This document shows positions 1 through 12,008 of a DNA stretch of 64,000 bases, in pieces. This stretch comes from Diadema antillarum (lineage: Eukaryota), in NCBI RefSeq assembly GCF_040938485.1, contig NW_027270897.1, positions 1,178,001 to 1,242,000 of the forward strand, given 5' to 3'. Position 1 is the stretch's first letter; the number at the start of each line of letters is the position of its first letter. The translations under genes were made by a program, and so were the position numbers. The notes under the pieces are model-generated. The model saw nothing but the letters and a program-made list of their open reading frames with translations. It ran no database searches and had not been told where the DNA came from.

Positions 1-647
1 TGCCCCCGCGTCTGTCTTTTGCGTGCCGTAGAAAGAGATTTGGTCGGAGTGAGAGATTGGCGAGTGATGTAGATATATCTAATGTGGATGGGGGGGGGGG
101 GGGGGGGGGGAGTGAGGATGTAAAAACGAACTTGCAATGGAATGCTTCATATGAATCAATGCAATTTAGAATAGAAATAGTTATTTTTCAAGGATATTGC
201 AATTATGAATAAGGGCACATTTTACACACACACACACACATTCACAAGTAGAAACACATATCATGCAAGGGAGATTAAAGTTTGATCTCAGAGATGTTGG
301 GTAGTGAATAATAATTTGGTTCATCTCTTTTTTTTTCGATATATTTCTGCGTGATCTAGGTCTAATCCATATCAGTGAAACCACATTTAGCCTTGTATCG
401 ACAGAGGTACATGTAGCACGTCTCGCCTCATTGTGCGGTACCCATGTTATTTGTTCAAGGGGGAAAAAATGGCTGTTCCTTGTGCCGGGTTTTGCAACCT
501 GCTTTTCCCATTTTTACAATGTCATGTACATTTCCACCTAAATGTGCATATTCTTTAAAATAAAAAAAAGAAGAAGAAAAAACTACAGTTTTAGTGTGAG
601 CTCACAAAATCATATCTCCACAACAAAGCAGCGGCACATGACCTACC

Positions 648-649
648 AC

Positions 650-699
<50 letters not shown>

Positions 700-734
700 T
701 GCACACACACGCACAAACACATACACATTCACAC
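648..734. repeat. (CA)n microsatellite
   Basis: Direct: long CA run, degenerate at its 3' end; it explains the HT/CV-rich ORFs here. Confidence 0.9.
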
Positions 735-1669
735 AAGCTGATACGTAGTAACCCAGAATAGTAACATGCCACACTTAAAGATATATCAACATGAAACCTG
801 GGACATCCAGATAGTATGCAAAAACATTTATTGCACATTTCCAGCATTAATCCACACACACACTCCATCATTAGACACTAAAAGTACAACAGCTAGCAAT
901 ATAAACAGTTACAAGATACCTACATTATCCCTTTTTTATTCTCTGACAGCACATACATGTGTATACTGAAAAAAACAAACAAACAACTAAATTAGAAAAG
1001 ACAGTTAGGGATTGCTTACATTTTTATACCAATTTGTTAGATCATGTACACAGCAAAATTGGTGTACATAATTGTTTTTCAGGAAAATTAAGAGACACTG
1101 AATGTTTTCTTTCTTGCTGATAAAATCATAAAATATAGGTAAGTGATATTGATTTTTATTCCAAGTGAAGTAACAATGTTCTGTAAAACACAATGTTCAG
1201 ACATTGCACATTCCGATAACCTGGATATAGCACACCAGAAGTTGCCCAGCTTCCAATTTCAAAACTTCAGAGTTCTCTTCATATTTTCTTACCCTGAGAG
1301 GTTGACGGTACAAAAATTAGTAGTGACACACAATGCACAATAATAGTGCATGATTACGCTATGAAAATAACTACTAGTAAATTAATGACTGACTGAATGA
1401 ATAACAAGAAGACTGAAGATTTTATTTGTGTCCAAAGGCAGCGACACAATGTGAACCTCAAGTCTGAATGAGTGGAATTGCAGTCTTTAAAATTTTTCTG
1501 TGTGATAAGACCAAATAGCAAATAATTTATCCTGCAGCATGCATTGCTATACTAGATATATCATCTATTGCACAAAATACCACTACAAGTAAGATGTATG
1601 CTGACTGTATAATTCCTTCTGTACAGCACACTTCCTATACCCGTCATATGTGTGCTAATTGGCATACCA

Positions 1670-2198
1670 CCGTATACTCCATCCATTTAGCAGGTTTTTA
1701 CTGTCACAAATTTCACCAGTCGGGTGCTATTCGTGAATTTCACACCATGCGAAATACTAAGTCTGATCCCAACATGAATGCAAAGTGCACACGTACATGT
1801 ACGTATTGGTAAGCAGTACAGTGGACTCCCGTTATAACGAGTCCTTGGGACCGCCAGTTTTCTTTCATTATATCGTAATTTTTATATAACCGAACAAGTG
1901 AACAGTAAACAATAAAAAACACAGAGCCGATAATGTTGCGGCCTGAATTTCTATTTCGTTATAGCAGGAGTGCATTGTACAAATTACAAGAACAAGGTGC
2001 ATGATATCACAGTTTAGTAGTATTGTAAGCCTAAATCTTGGCACGCTTTATAGCTACTGGGTGAATCAATGCGTGCACTTTCTGATTTTTCCATCCACTG
2101 CTGGACCCCATGATCACAAATTTAACCACTCTCAAAATTGTCAGGAAGTCTCAATTCACAGAATATTCGACTCACTAAAATATATGGCATATACAGTA
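1670..2198. mobile_element. Old CpG-decayed copy of the TA-CTGTA...TACAG-TA MITE family, interrupted by a second MITE
   Basis: 1670-1816 and ~2100-2198 align by eye to the left and right parts of the copy at 43988-44221 (tgctattc.cgaa; aatttaaccactc; aaatatatggcatatacagta). Confidence 0.6.
1819..1977. mobile_element. Tc1/mariner (pogo/Tigger-like) MITE
   Basis: TA at 1817-18 and 1978-79 flanks imperfect TIRs CAGTGGACTCCCGTTATAACGA / TCGTTATAGCAGGAGTGCATTG. Confidence 0.7.
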
Positions 2199-3001
2199 GA
2201 TGCCCGATGAATACAAGAACGCGTCCTCCACAGTCCACATGCTAATCCTATTCTACACTGCTCACACAAAAATTGAGATTGACATCCAAGATTGCAGACA
2301 TCCCTGTCTATGTGGCAGAGATGTTGACATCATAAGCACGAAAATAACTAAACTGTATTCCTCATTTCACAACTATTGTGACTTACATAAATCAAGTCTG
2401 TATGAAATGTATTTGAATGTGACAGTGTCAATCATGATTTGTCATAATAATGAAATCAAATTGTAACCCAGTCATGATTGATGGACATAGCTAGGATAGG
2501 AGGGGTATGCACTGGCTTAACACAGGGTCAGAGTTACTGGAAAAACTAAGGCAGAAACTGTACAAAACAAAATACATGAGTTTCTGCAATGTGCCTTGGT
2601 GCTTGCCGACAAAAAAAAAAAAAAAAAAAAACATTTGTAAGACTAAAAGATTATCAACAGCTTGCGATACTTGTAGAAATCTTTGTCTCTGCACAATGGC
2701 TGTTATTTGCAATGCTAGAAAATACAAGTACATTAAATTCGCATTTGATCTAACATGAACCAGGGGTTGCACTTCAATTCATTTTACACTGTATCAATAT
2801 TATATTAGATAGATTGTGTCACGACTCTAGATTAAAAAATTGAGCATATCTATCGTCATTAGTATTATAGATGTGATATCATGCGTCCCTGATAAACATA
2901 ACTCTGCAACAGAGAGATGGAGTAAAAATACATAACAACTTAATACAGCCTTACATGAGAACAGAAAATATACATTCAGTTCATCATCCTGTAAGACTTG
3001 A

Positions 3002-3134
3002 NNNNNNNNNNNNNNNNNNNNNNNNNNNNNNNNNNNNNNNNNNNNNNNNNNNNNNNNNNNNNNNNNNNNNNNNNNNNNNNNNNNNNNNNNNNNNNNNNNN
3101 NNNNNNNNNNNNNNNNNNNNNNNNNNNNNNNNNN
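3002..3134. other. Assembly gap (N run)
   Basis: Direct. Confidence 1.
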
Positions 3135-3648
3135 TTACAGGATTGAATCTTTCATTCCCAATTCCACTTTTGATAAGCCACATTTACCTTTTCAACTACT
3201 CCAGTTGTAAGGATCATATAAAAATTTTTTTTAAAAATAAACAAAACAAAGGTGGTAAAAATGAGGATTGCAATGGTGGTGGTGGCAATGTTTGTGAATA
3301 CTGTTAAGCTGAGAAATCACCCATATTGTAGATTGCGGACAACAACAAAAAAGAACCTTGGGTCAGAACTCCTGGAAGCCTTTTTGCCAATAGTGGCTCC
3401 ATATCTTGGTGGTGGACTAAAACCTTGGTGGGGGATTATTCATGGCCATTTGTTAACAATGTCTGTAATTCAGCCTCCGGGCTGTGATAGATATTGATAA
3501 ATAAAACACCTTAATTTCAATTTCAATTTCAAACTGATTCCTGCATCAGCACTCCTAGCCACATCTAAGAGAGTTGAAAGAACCACACTTTGTGAAAACA
3601 ATGGACTCGCTTAATTTCACCAATGTCCGTTCATTACCTGAAGCAAAC

Positions 3649-3945
3649 ATGGCCCGCACCAAGCAAATGGTTCACAAGTCGACTGGAGGCAAGGCTCCTC
3701 ACAAGCAACTGGCTATGAAGGCTGCTCACACGAGTGCTCCTGCCACCAGAGTGAAGAAGCCTCATCGCAATATAATACGGGACATAAACAAACCTGTCCC
3801 TAAATAGTGTAAGCCCGATCTGAGTTTTCAGATGACCATTTGGCATAAATAGGCAGTACTGTTTTCTAAAAAGTTTGTGCACCAAACACACAAAAAAACT
3901 TACAATCATGCTTTCGAGAATAATGGACATGATTAGCATCCTGGC
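3649..3945 (+). pseudogene. H3: Histone H3 pseudogene (internally deleted, frameshifted)
   Basis: 3649-3768 reads [40 protein letters not shown] (H3: [41 protein letters not shown]). 3811-3831 reads KPDLSFQ (H3 KTDLRFQ). 3878-3913 reads CTKHTKKLTIML (H3 CAIHAKRVTIMP) in another frame. In-frame TAG at 3805-3807. Confidence 0.9.
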
Positions 3946-4118
3946 CGCAAACGACGAAAGCACCCTAGCCGCAAATGACAAAGCACCCTAAATCAATTTG
4001 TGTAAGTAGTACTGATGTTGCTGCAGTTTGAGTATCACAATAATAAAATGAATCATCAACACAATGTACATAACATTGGGGTAGCAATAACCATACCCTG
4101 CACACATGCCATGTTTAA

Positions 4119-4475
4119 AGGGGATGGCTAGTAACTGATCAGTGGGAATCAGTGGGATTGCTGAGAAATGATTGTTCCAATTCTTGTGGGATTCATTTAA
4201 GAGTACATTACATATCTATTGTTGTGTGAAAATTATTTGCTTCAAAACGGTTTCATATTCAAGTAATGTGCAGTTTAATGCCCCGTCACTGTACAGGCAT
4301 GCTAACCTGGAAACATTAAACTGCACATTACTTGAATTTGAGACCATTCTGAAGAAAATAATTTTCACACAACAATAAGTATATAATGTACTCTTGAATG
4401 AATCCCCCAAGAATTGGATCAGTCATCCCTCAGCATTCCCACTGATTCCCACTGATCAGTTACTAGCCATCCCCT
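4119..4475. mobile_element. TTAA-flanked foldback MITE (Kolobok-like AGG...CCT termini)
   Basis: TTAA at 4115-18 and 4476-79; AGGGGATGGCTAGTAACTGATCAGTGGGAATCAGTGGG is matched by its exact reverse complement at the right end; the whole 357 bp is an imperfect palindrome. Confidence 0.85.
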
Positions 4476-4623
4476 TTAAAATAGGGAAATGAATTCAGTT
4501 GATAAAAAGTTATTGTCCTTCCACTGGTCACTGAGATTCAAGTAAGTGTTTCTGCTCAAAGGGGGACAAGTGAAAGGTCATTTTAGTCAGCACCGTGAAA
4601 AACATTACTAACAATGGGGCCTT

Positions 4624-4795
4624 TACTGTAAAACAAGGAATGTTTGCATGCATTTTAATTTCATGAATTTCGCGAGAGTGAAGATTCACGAAATCAAAAT
4701 GCATACAGAAGTTCTTGTCTGCACTATATATATGCTGGAATGCCAGCAACAATACACAAAAATATCATGCTGCCAATATATTGTGTTTTACAGTA
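4624..4795. mobile_element. TA-CTGTAAAAC...GTTTTACAG-TA MITE
   Basis: Terminal inverted repeats with TA flanks; internal aaaatgcata..gaa.gttcttgtct.cacta is shared with 8260-8464. Confidence 0.65.
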
Positions 4796-5848
4796 TCTTT
4801 ATATGGAGCAAAATATCCTTGTAGCAGTCATAGCATCACCTCCAATTTTGTCGTGGTATTAACCACATCTGTGTATCATCTGCCCTCCCACTGCCTGGAC
4901 ATTTACTAGGCTTACAAAAAAGTGTATATATGTGTTGGTACTTGTGATACCTGCAGGTACATCTGAAGGTCTAGCTGTTATTACATGCAAGGTTAGTTCA
5001 GTGTAAGTCATAAAGGTGAGTGTATTGTTGCCGTAGGCAAGTACACCACACAGTGCTCAGAATCTTGGTGAGAGCTGGAAAGTGGCTTGCTATCATACAT
5101 TGTAGGCCTCTAATATTCAGGGATATCACTTGATATAACAGCTTACATGCTACCAGAATACTGTTTTTGCACTTGTCCTACCTGAATACAATATTTGGAT
5201 GATCTCCTGCACACTAAGACTGTTTTTTGTCGGAACAAATTTTGCTAATACCATGTGTTCACCATTCCCCCTATTTTGAGGGTCTTCAGGGTGACTATGG
5301 TACATGAATAGTGCACTATTATAAAATTCACACAAATTTCATTTGGAGCAAATCATTCAGCCACTAATCTTACCAAAAGACTATTAAAACAAAACAAAAT
5401 ATGTACAAGGCAAGAACTGGAATACATGCATACACACAGCGCAGCATACACACACAATCTCTGTTTGGAAGTCGACTGAATATGACAGACTATCATGACG
5501 ACTTAAGATGAGTTAGGGTACTGGATGTCATCATCCATGTATCAAGAATTATGTGATAATACCACCTGTGCATGATGAAAGTCTGGACTCTATGAGAGAT
5601 TCAGCACATGAGAAAACAGTGTGTACGAGATCTCTTTAGTATCAAGTGTGTTTCAACCAAACAGCCTATTTAAGCAGGTCACATACACAGAATTGGAAGT
5701 TCAATACATGCCTGTGACTATTAAAACAGCCCGTCTCTAGAACAGACCACGGACTGATTTCATAGTATATTTTCAGCTAGGTTCTTACTCATATCACTCT
5801 TGAGTTCAGTCTATTTTTAACAGATACAACAGACACAGGATGCATTAA

Positions 5849-6000
5849 GGCCATCTCACACTATACCACTTTCGGTCACATGACTGACCGACTTTGGATC
5901 TGAAATAAACAAGCATGTTTAATCTGAGGCTATAGTGATTTATTTCGGATCCAAAGTCAGTCAGTCGTGTGACCGAAAGTGGTATAGTAAGAGGTGGGCT
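5849..6000. mobile_element. ~150-bp palindromic MITE (PIF/Harbinger-like)
   Basis: CTATACCACTTTCGGTCAC...GTGACCGAAAGTGGTATAG inverted arms; TAA/TTA flanks; GGCC-like end. Confidence 0.65.
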
Positions 6001-6308
6001 TTAGTTGAGATTAGTCTCAGTCCTTTTCCTGCGCTGATGTACATGAGGTATGGACAAGAAACAGCTGCCCACAGGCTAGCAACTTGAGGATGCACTGTGA
6101 TATGAACCAAATACACAATTCCTATCACAGATGAGATGAAACTTCACTACAGCGCACAAAGATTGTACAAAACTCCATACCGACCAATAAAACACATTAT
6201 TAATATTCAATTTCTTACCAAAGCTTTCAATGATGACATTAGGAAGAATATGTGACGAGATGCTACATACAGATACACACACACATACACATACAGAGAC
6301 ATTGGTTG

Positions 6309-6473
6309 TCATAGAAACCGCTGGAAGAACCTCCGGGCGATGCCTGCCTCCTGGTACATGATGCTCCCGAGGAGGATGAAGCCGATACCAAAGATGCTCA
6401 AAGTGGACACCTCATTCTGGAAGATGACCAGCGATATCCCCACGGTCAGGACAATGCTGACGTTGCCCAGCAC
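6309..6473 (-). CDS. SLC35E4: SLC35E4-like coding exon 3 (VLGNVSIV...FQRFL*)
   Basis: Acceptor ...ttgaaccag at 6474-75; TGA at 6309-11. Confidence 0.88.
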   Translation of the reverse strand: MLGNVSIVLTVGISLVIFQNEVSTLSIFGIGFILLGSIMYQEAGIARRFFQRFL

Positions 6474-9218
6474 CTGGTTCAAGAGGAGCAAACGGTCATA
6501 CCACTCTTTACCAAATGTGTATTTGTATTCTTTATCGCGATGTTTTTTGTGAAGAAGATATGATGCTTTTTTCTTCTTTGTGTTGACCCATAACAATCAC
6601 AAAAGTACATTACCTGAAAAAGTGATTTTCCAAATTTTTATTAGTTGTCTAATGGTAGAGTAATTCTCCAAGTATATTGACTTTAATGAGTACAACAATA
6701 TTAAAAAAATAGTAAAATTTTAACAAACTGGGTGAGGGTAATCAGAACCATGGAATATCAAACTTTCAAATGTTTTCAGGAAATATTGATATCTGTCACA
6801 TATAATTCAGATAAAATGAAAGGATGATGAATGTCACTGCTTCACATTTTTTTGCATTGCTTCATACTTTTGCCAAAGTTTTTGTCAATGATGTTGCAAT
6901 TAAAAGGAAAAAAAAAAAACATTTGTTAAAAATCACCCTTGTTATCAAAACAGCAACAACTTTAAAATCATGTGATGCAAATTAATTATTAACTTCTGTT
7001 TAAATTTATCTAAAATATTGCAGTGAAAATTGGTGTGGAAGCCAATTTCACACTTTTGAGGCGATGACATCATCACCTACAGTGATTGTGATCAACACTC
7101 CTGTTTCATAAAACCATATGAAACTTAAAATTCTTATACCTTCTTATTCCTGTCAAAATGTAATGAAACTATTTTTTTTCTTCTGATTTTCAAGTCACTT
7201 TTAACTGAGCAAAATTTCTTTTATCTTTAAAAGAAAACATATCATCCATGTATTTCTACAGGCAACACAGAACTGGAATTCAAAACTTCAAGTTGAAACT
7301 AACCTGTAGTGTTACTGGTGAGGTGTAGTAGGTGACCAGGAATGCCAGGATGTTGTAGCCCACGGCGCAGGCACAGCTGAGCGAGATGATGCCCCAGAGG
7401 AAGGCACTAGATCTCAGCCGCTCGTCCCACAGCGCCCCCTCCTCAAAGAGGAGCGACGCCACTCCCAGCTGCAGGAAGCTGGGAATGCAGATGTGATAGA
7501 GGAGACGCACCGAGTCTATGCGCTCCTCCTTCAGCAGGACTCCTGTACAATATCAAACAAAATTCCAGGTAAAAGTGCACCGTTTAAAGTTTTCACACTT
7601 TCCACTTCTTTGATAAGTGATTGAGAAAGAGTACTGTATACGCTATATATTTCGCGAGGGTTTTATTTTCGCGAATTTCGCGAGTCGGGAGCTATTCGCG
7701 AAATTAACAACACGCGAAAATATTACCTTCCAAAATGAATCCCTTGCCTTGATGATACGAACATTTCAGTACTAGTATACCATGTCACGGTTTACCGAAC
7801 AGACCATACTGGCTAAGCTTGTTTACGCACGTCCACGTCTACTTGCGAATACTGTAGAGAGCCAATCCATTATCGCAAGGGGACCACTCGTCAGAAATCT
7901 AGCGCGATGGACTTAACCACTTCAAAAATGTTGAATTCTAACTTACTAGTTCGCAGAGTTTGGTAAGTTTTTTTTCATGCAGTGTATAACTAGTATCATT
8001 CTTATTTGCTAGTAAGTTGAAAATTCACACTTTCTTTGCCACTTCATATTTTCTCTGGTCCCCCAATCGCGAATTTAACCACTCGCGAAAATGTGTGACA
8101 GCGGCAATTCGCGAAAATTTATGTACGCGAAAATTATAGCGTATACAGTAGTAGGCATGTAGGAAATAGAACTGAGAGTTGCAAAGTTAATGCAAAGTTG
8201 GCAAAGCTAATGAGAAATTATCCACTATCCCTTACAATTACTACCTTACCAGATAGGGTAAAACAATAAATTTTCGTGTGCATCTTAATATCGCGAATTT
8301 TGCGGGAGCCAAGATTCCAAAAATTAAAATGCATATGAAAGTTCTTGTCTACACTATCTGCATTGAACGGCAGTGGCAATTCGCGAAAAATCTCATGCCG
8401 CGAAAAAGGTTGTCAGCTCCTATTTGCGAAAATTTCATGCTAAGAAAATTTTTTGCTTTACAGTTTGTCCCTCCAGACATTTGTACTGAAATATGCATTG
8501 AAATGGCTTTCAATTCACATGAAGAAATTAAACAAAACTTCTGTATTATGATATATATGAAATTTGCACGTAATTTACAGTGTAGGACTGGTGTGGGGAA
8601 AAATTACAGCTGCTACCTTTGATGAACTCTACATTGAGGCTTCCAACACTCCTTACCCTGCAGGACACATCTGCCTGCCCGCAGCAGCGTGGCCGTGAAG
8701 GCTGCAACGAATCCAAAGATGCTGAAGTTCACCTCGCCAACGGTGCACAAGAAGGACCCGAAGCAAAGCGGCAGCATGGAGAGGTACGTGAAGATATCAA
8801 ACTGCCTTCCCAGCAGCACTTTGGAGATCACCACCGTTGCAAGCGGCGTCATGGCCAGTATCATCTTGACAAAGGACACGTAGAGGTGCTTCAGGGCGAT
8901 ATTGCCGCACGCAATGCTGACTGTTGACACTACGCTTAGGATGAGAATCTTGGGCGTGAGGTGCGGGGGCAGTTTGAGCCGCTCATTGCCCTCGCCGTAC
9001 ACAGCCCCGAGAGGGGTGAAGCGGATGACGATGAAGCCAAATGCTGCCGTGCACAGCATGTGTAAGGACGTGATGAAAAGCGGATACGGGAAGCCGTAGC
9101 TCATAAACAGCCATTTGTTGACATTGGTCAGACAAATGTTCATGGTCACCCAACTAACCATGGACAGGTAAGTCCACAAGTTGATTCTCCCTGACAAATC
9201 AACAATGATCTGTTCCAT
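6309..9218 (-). CDS. SLC35E4: Solute carrier family 35 member E4-like (TPT/nucleotide-sugar transporter fold), join(9218-8657,7542-7304,6473-6309), 321 aa
   Basis: Spliced frame is open (966 nt) with GT-AG junctions, phases 1 and 0. Motifs NKWLF..YGFPYPL..LHML, LLKEERIDSVRLLY, YNILAFLV..TSPVTLQVLGN match recalled SLC35E4 (NKWIF, LLQEERLDAVTLLY, TSALTVHVLGN); multiple hydrophobic helices. Confidence 0.88.
7304..7542 (-). CDS. SLC35E4: SLC35E4-like coding exon 2
   Basis: Acceptor ...attgtacag at 7543-44; donor CAG|GTTAGT at 7303. Confidence 0.9.
7634..8148. mobile_element. Young CGCG-rich TA-CTGTATACGC...GCGTATACAG-TA MITE (Tc1/mariner-type ends) in SLC35E4 intron
   Basis: TA at 7632-33 and 8149-50; perfect terminal CTGTATACGCTATA; repeated ttcgcgaa motifs. 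Confidence 0.8.
8260..8464. mobile_element. MITE copy related to 4624-4795 (left end eroded)
   Basis: Shared internal sequence and ...gctttacagt right end. Confidence 0.55.
8657..9218 (-). CDS. SLC35E4: SLC35E4-like coding exon 1
   Basis: ATG at 9216-18 in aaaATGG context; donor CAG G|GTAAGG at 8656. Confidence 0.9.
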
Positions 9219-9984
9219 TTTGGTTATTTTGATTAAAACCCCAACACATTAAAAAGAAAAGAATCAGCCGATTTTACTTATATGTTGAATTTAGATGAAT
9301 GTGTCCTCTCCAGTCATAACCTAGTTTCCTGGCAGATTACCAAAGTTCTACTAAGATGAACCATTACAGTCTCATTTTCCTTTTCAGCTGAAACAAATCA
9401 GTATTAATTTCAATTCATGATAAAAAGAGCCTTCAGCGAAGATCTTTCAGATTTTTTTCCTTCATCCTTCCTCCTATCCACAATGTTGAGATGGGCTCAT
9501 CGAAAAAATAGTGCAAGGCTGATATGGGTGTACATGATCCCATCATGTGCTGGTCAGCCAGTTTGTTCCATGACTGCAGAAGAACTTGCATACAGTACCC
9601 ATCATTCTCTGAATCTCCATGAATCAAACTCCACTTTCACCAACTGAGCTCTCTGCTGTTCCTCCCGATAGCAAGCAAAACTATAGTTTGCCTTGAAGTT
9701 GTCCTTTCATTGCTGGTGCTGGGTAAAAAAATGGAATAGAATGACAGAATTACATATTATGATTTATGCAGTCACACTTTTGGTGTCATGGGGAAGTGGG
9801 GTGAAAGAAAGAAACCAGCATAAAAATATAACAGACTTTATTGACAATCCCTTTTTCTTTACTTTTTTTTTTGAGAGAGAGAGAGAATAGACATCAGCAC
9901 CCTTCTACTTCGCTACACACATACAAAGTTTCCAAGTGATGTCTATTTTCCTTTTTTTTTTTCATTCCTTTACTCATCTATTAA

Positions 9985-10069
9985 CCCATTGAGGACGGTT
10001 TGATTTTGCTACAACATGCATTTCACATAGACGCTTGCCCGAGTATACTCGGGACTCGTCCTCAACGGG
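9985..10069. mobile_element. 85-bp piggyBac-like MITE, copy 1
   Basis: TTAA-CCCATTGAGGACG...CGTCCTCAACGGG-TTAA; internal CCCGAGTATACTCGGG palindrome. Confidence 0.85.
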
Positions 10070-10509
10070 TTAAAAAGAAACATGTAAGAGCACAGCAATG
10101 AATAAACAGATGACACTTTCATGTCATATTCACTCTGTTGGAATGACGTGTTTGAATTGCTCCGTGTGGAAATATAGAGTTGCATAACAATACCTAACCC
10201 CGAGGCGCTCCTTGTACACAAACCAACACGAAGCATTGCCAGTGGGGCTGGTCACAGTTAAACAATACCCAGATCAATGTAGTATTCAAACAAACAATAC
10301 ACCTTGCCAGTTTACGAACATGCTACTTGGGAACCCAACATTTGGCAAGTGGTGCGGTGGGATATGAGTTGGGCGGGGCTGGGGGGGGGGGGAGGGGAAG
10401 GAGGGAGGGAACATAAAGAAGTCTTAATTGCCCTACATGGCTATGTGCACATGTGACAACATTGCTGTAAACCTTGATCACATATGAATTCAATGCCCAT
10501 CTACTACCC

Positions 10510-10900
10510 CAGGGATGCCAAGTTCAAAAAAATTTGATGAGTGAGATTTTCATGACTCGGCATCTCGGCGAGCGAATGTGCGCGCGAGCGAGGGCGTGGG
10601 AGGAGTTTTTTCCCCAGTGGCCTCCCTCGGCCTCGGTAGGGAGTTTTTTCAATTCTTAAATTAATCTTAGCTCTTAATGGTGCGATCAGGTGCATGACTA
10701 TTTTTTACTTATTTTGAAAGACACATGGAAAATATACCTTCAATTGCAACTATCACTTTAATCTTTTGAGCTTTGCTCATTATTATAGACCCAAGTTGCA
10801 GACTTTGCCCGCTGCTTGAGAAAAATGGGTGCCATGCGTGAGATTGTGAGACGGCCCCTAAAAATGCTCGAGTCTCACGCAGAATGCGTGAGACTTGGCA
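10510..10900. mobile_element. hAT-like non-autonomous element (CAGGGATGCCAAGT...ACTTGGCA, right tip eroded)
   Basis: Inverted termini; internal 10668-10810 is repeated at 22001-22156. Confidence 0.55.
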
Positions 10901-11241
10901 TTGGTAGCTCTGCTACCCATACATTATATATTCAATCATTTACATTCACAACATTGGAACAGACTTGTCAATGAATAGGGCCCAAGTCTCTCTTTTTTTT
11001 ACTACCACCTGCATATTCTTGCAGGCGCAGGCGCCACCAGTACAGTAGGCCATGTTGTAACACTTTATTTACATGCATTTCCCTATTTACGGTATTTGTT
11101 ACTGTAGTGTAACGTTACATAACTAAACGCAAAACGAAAAATAAACTGGGATCATCAGTCGGAGATGGGCGGGGCGATTTTGTATAAATGCACAATATAG
11201 TCTGCTTTATTTATTTTTTAAAATGTAAAGTAGAACCTAAC

Positions 11242-11570
11242 CTGTTTCAGCAGCTATCAGATAGTAAAAGTCACCAAAACTATTGATTGCTGGTGTGGTC
11301 AAGAAAAGTCTACCTTCAGTCACGGGAGAGTTGTCGTCAGCTTGCCTTTTACTAGTTGCAGTCGCCGCTTTTAGTTCATGAGATGTACAGCGGTATATTG
11401 TACGCGGTACACGGTACGCCCTACTTTCTACCCCGCAGTGCGTCCCTCGCAATCCCCGTTCGATCCCGGTGTGGAAGTCGAAACTGCTCTCTTCATATTC
11501 AGCCAACAGCGCAACAGTATGTGCTCCTTCTGCTACGCTACAAATTGCTGTCACTATTCATAACCCCTAT
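11242..11570 (-). other. Putative non-coding first exon of SLC35E4-like
   Basis: CpG-rich patch ending in donor-like CAG|GTTAGG at 11241; a polypyrimidine acceptor (tttgtttcag) at 9388-89 would give a 169-nt leader before the ATG. Inference only, no transcript data. Confidence 0.35.
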
Positions 11571-11834
11571 CACGGCCTGACGTGCACAGAGTACTCACGG
11601 TAGATCTATGCCATTTGGCAGGTGGATTGACGGAGATAAGTGATCGTGTTTCTCCTACCATCATAAAAGTGGCTTCACTGAGCTATGGAAAGCGAAGGTT
11701 TCCAAAATGTATATACAGGAGACCATGATTATGATGTCAAAACCGCACGTAAATTGGTGCAAACATGGAGCTACTCACTAGCTCCATGGTGCAAATAAAG
11801 GGAAATTCCAGACGATTTTCATACTGTCACATTA

Positions 11835-12008
11835 CAGGGGCGGATCCAGGAATTCTGTAAAGGGGGGGGGGGGGGGGGGCGTGACTAAAATTTCTGGTGC
11901 CACTTCCGGGTTTCATTTCATTTTTTTTCTGTTTATCTCTTTTGTTTTTAACGAAAAATAAAGGGGGGGGGCGTGCGCCGGTTGCGCCCCCCTCTGGATC
12001 CGCCACTG
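11835..12008. mobile_element. CAGGGGCGGATCCAG...CTGGATCCGCCACTG MITE with 5-bp TSD
   Basis: 15-bp TIRs; CATTA directly repeated at 11830-34 and 12009-13. Confidence 0.85.

Noticed and set aside
542-871. HT- and CV-repeat ORFs (also 35340-35597, 61430-61845, 56360-56683)
   Set aside because: Translations of microsatellites.
2985-3150. 9-bp inverted match across gap 1 (atcctgtaa / ttacaggat)
   Set aside because: Could hint at a collapsed hairpin, but it is too short and the interior is unknown.
2827-3210. ORFs containing X runs (also 62389-62988)
   Set aside because: They only appear long because N gaps contain no stop codons.
4172-4410. Pair of near-identical ORFs on opposite strands
   Set aside because: Artefact of the palindromic MITE at 4119-4475.
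8619-9099. + strand ORFs over SLC35E4 exon 1
   Set aside because: Antisense shadows of a GC-rich coding exon; no protein features.
10371-10410. G-rich tract as a functional G-quadruplex
   Set aside because: Poly-G runs are scattered across this window (e.g. 89-110, 11862-79, 37522-40), so this one is not distinctive.
11237-11554. 105-aa minus-strand ORF as a coding first exon of SLC35E4
   Set aside because: GTG start with no ATG in frame; its phase-1 end cannot be joined in frame to the SLC35E4 exon by either candidate acceptor.
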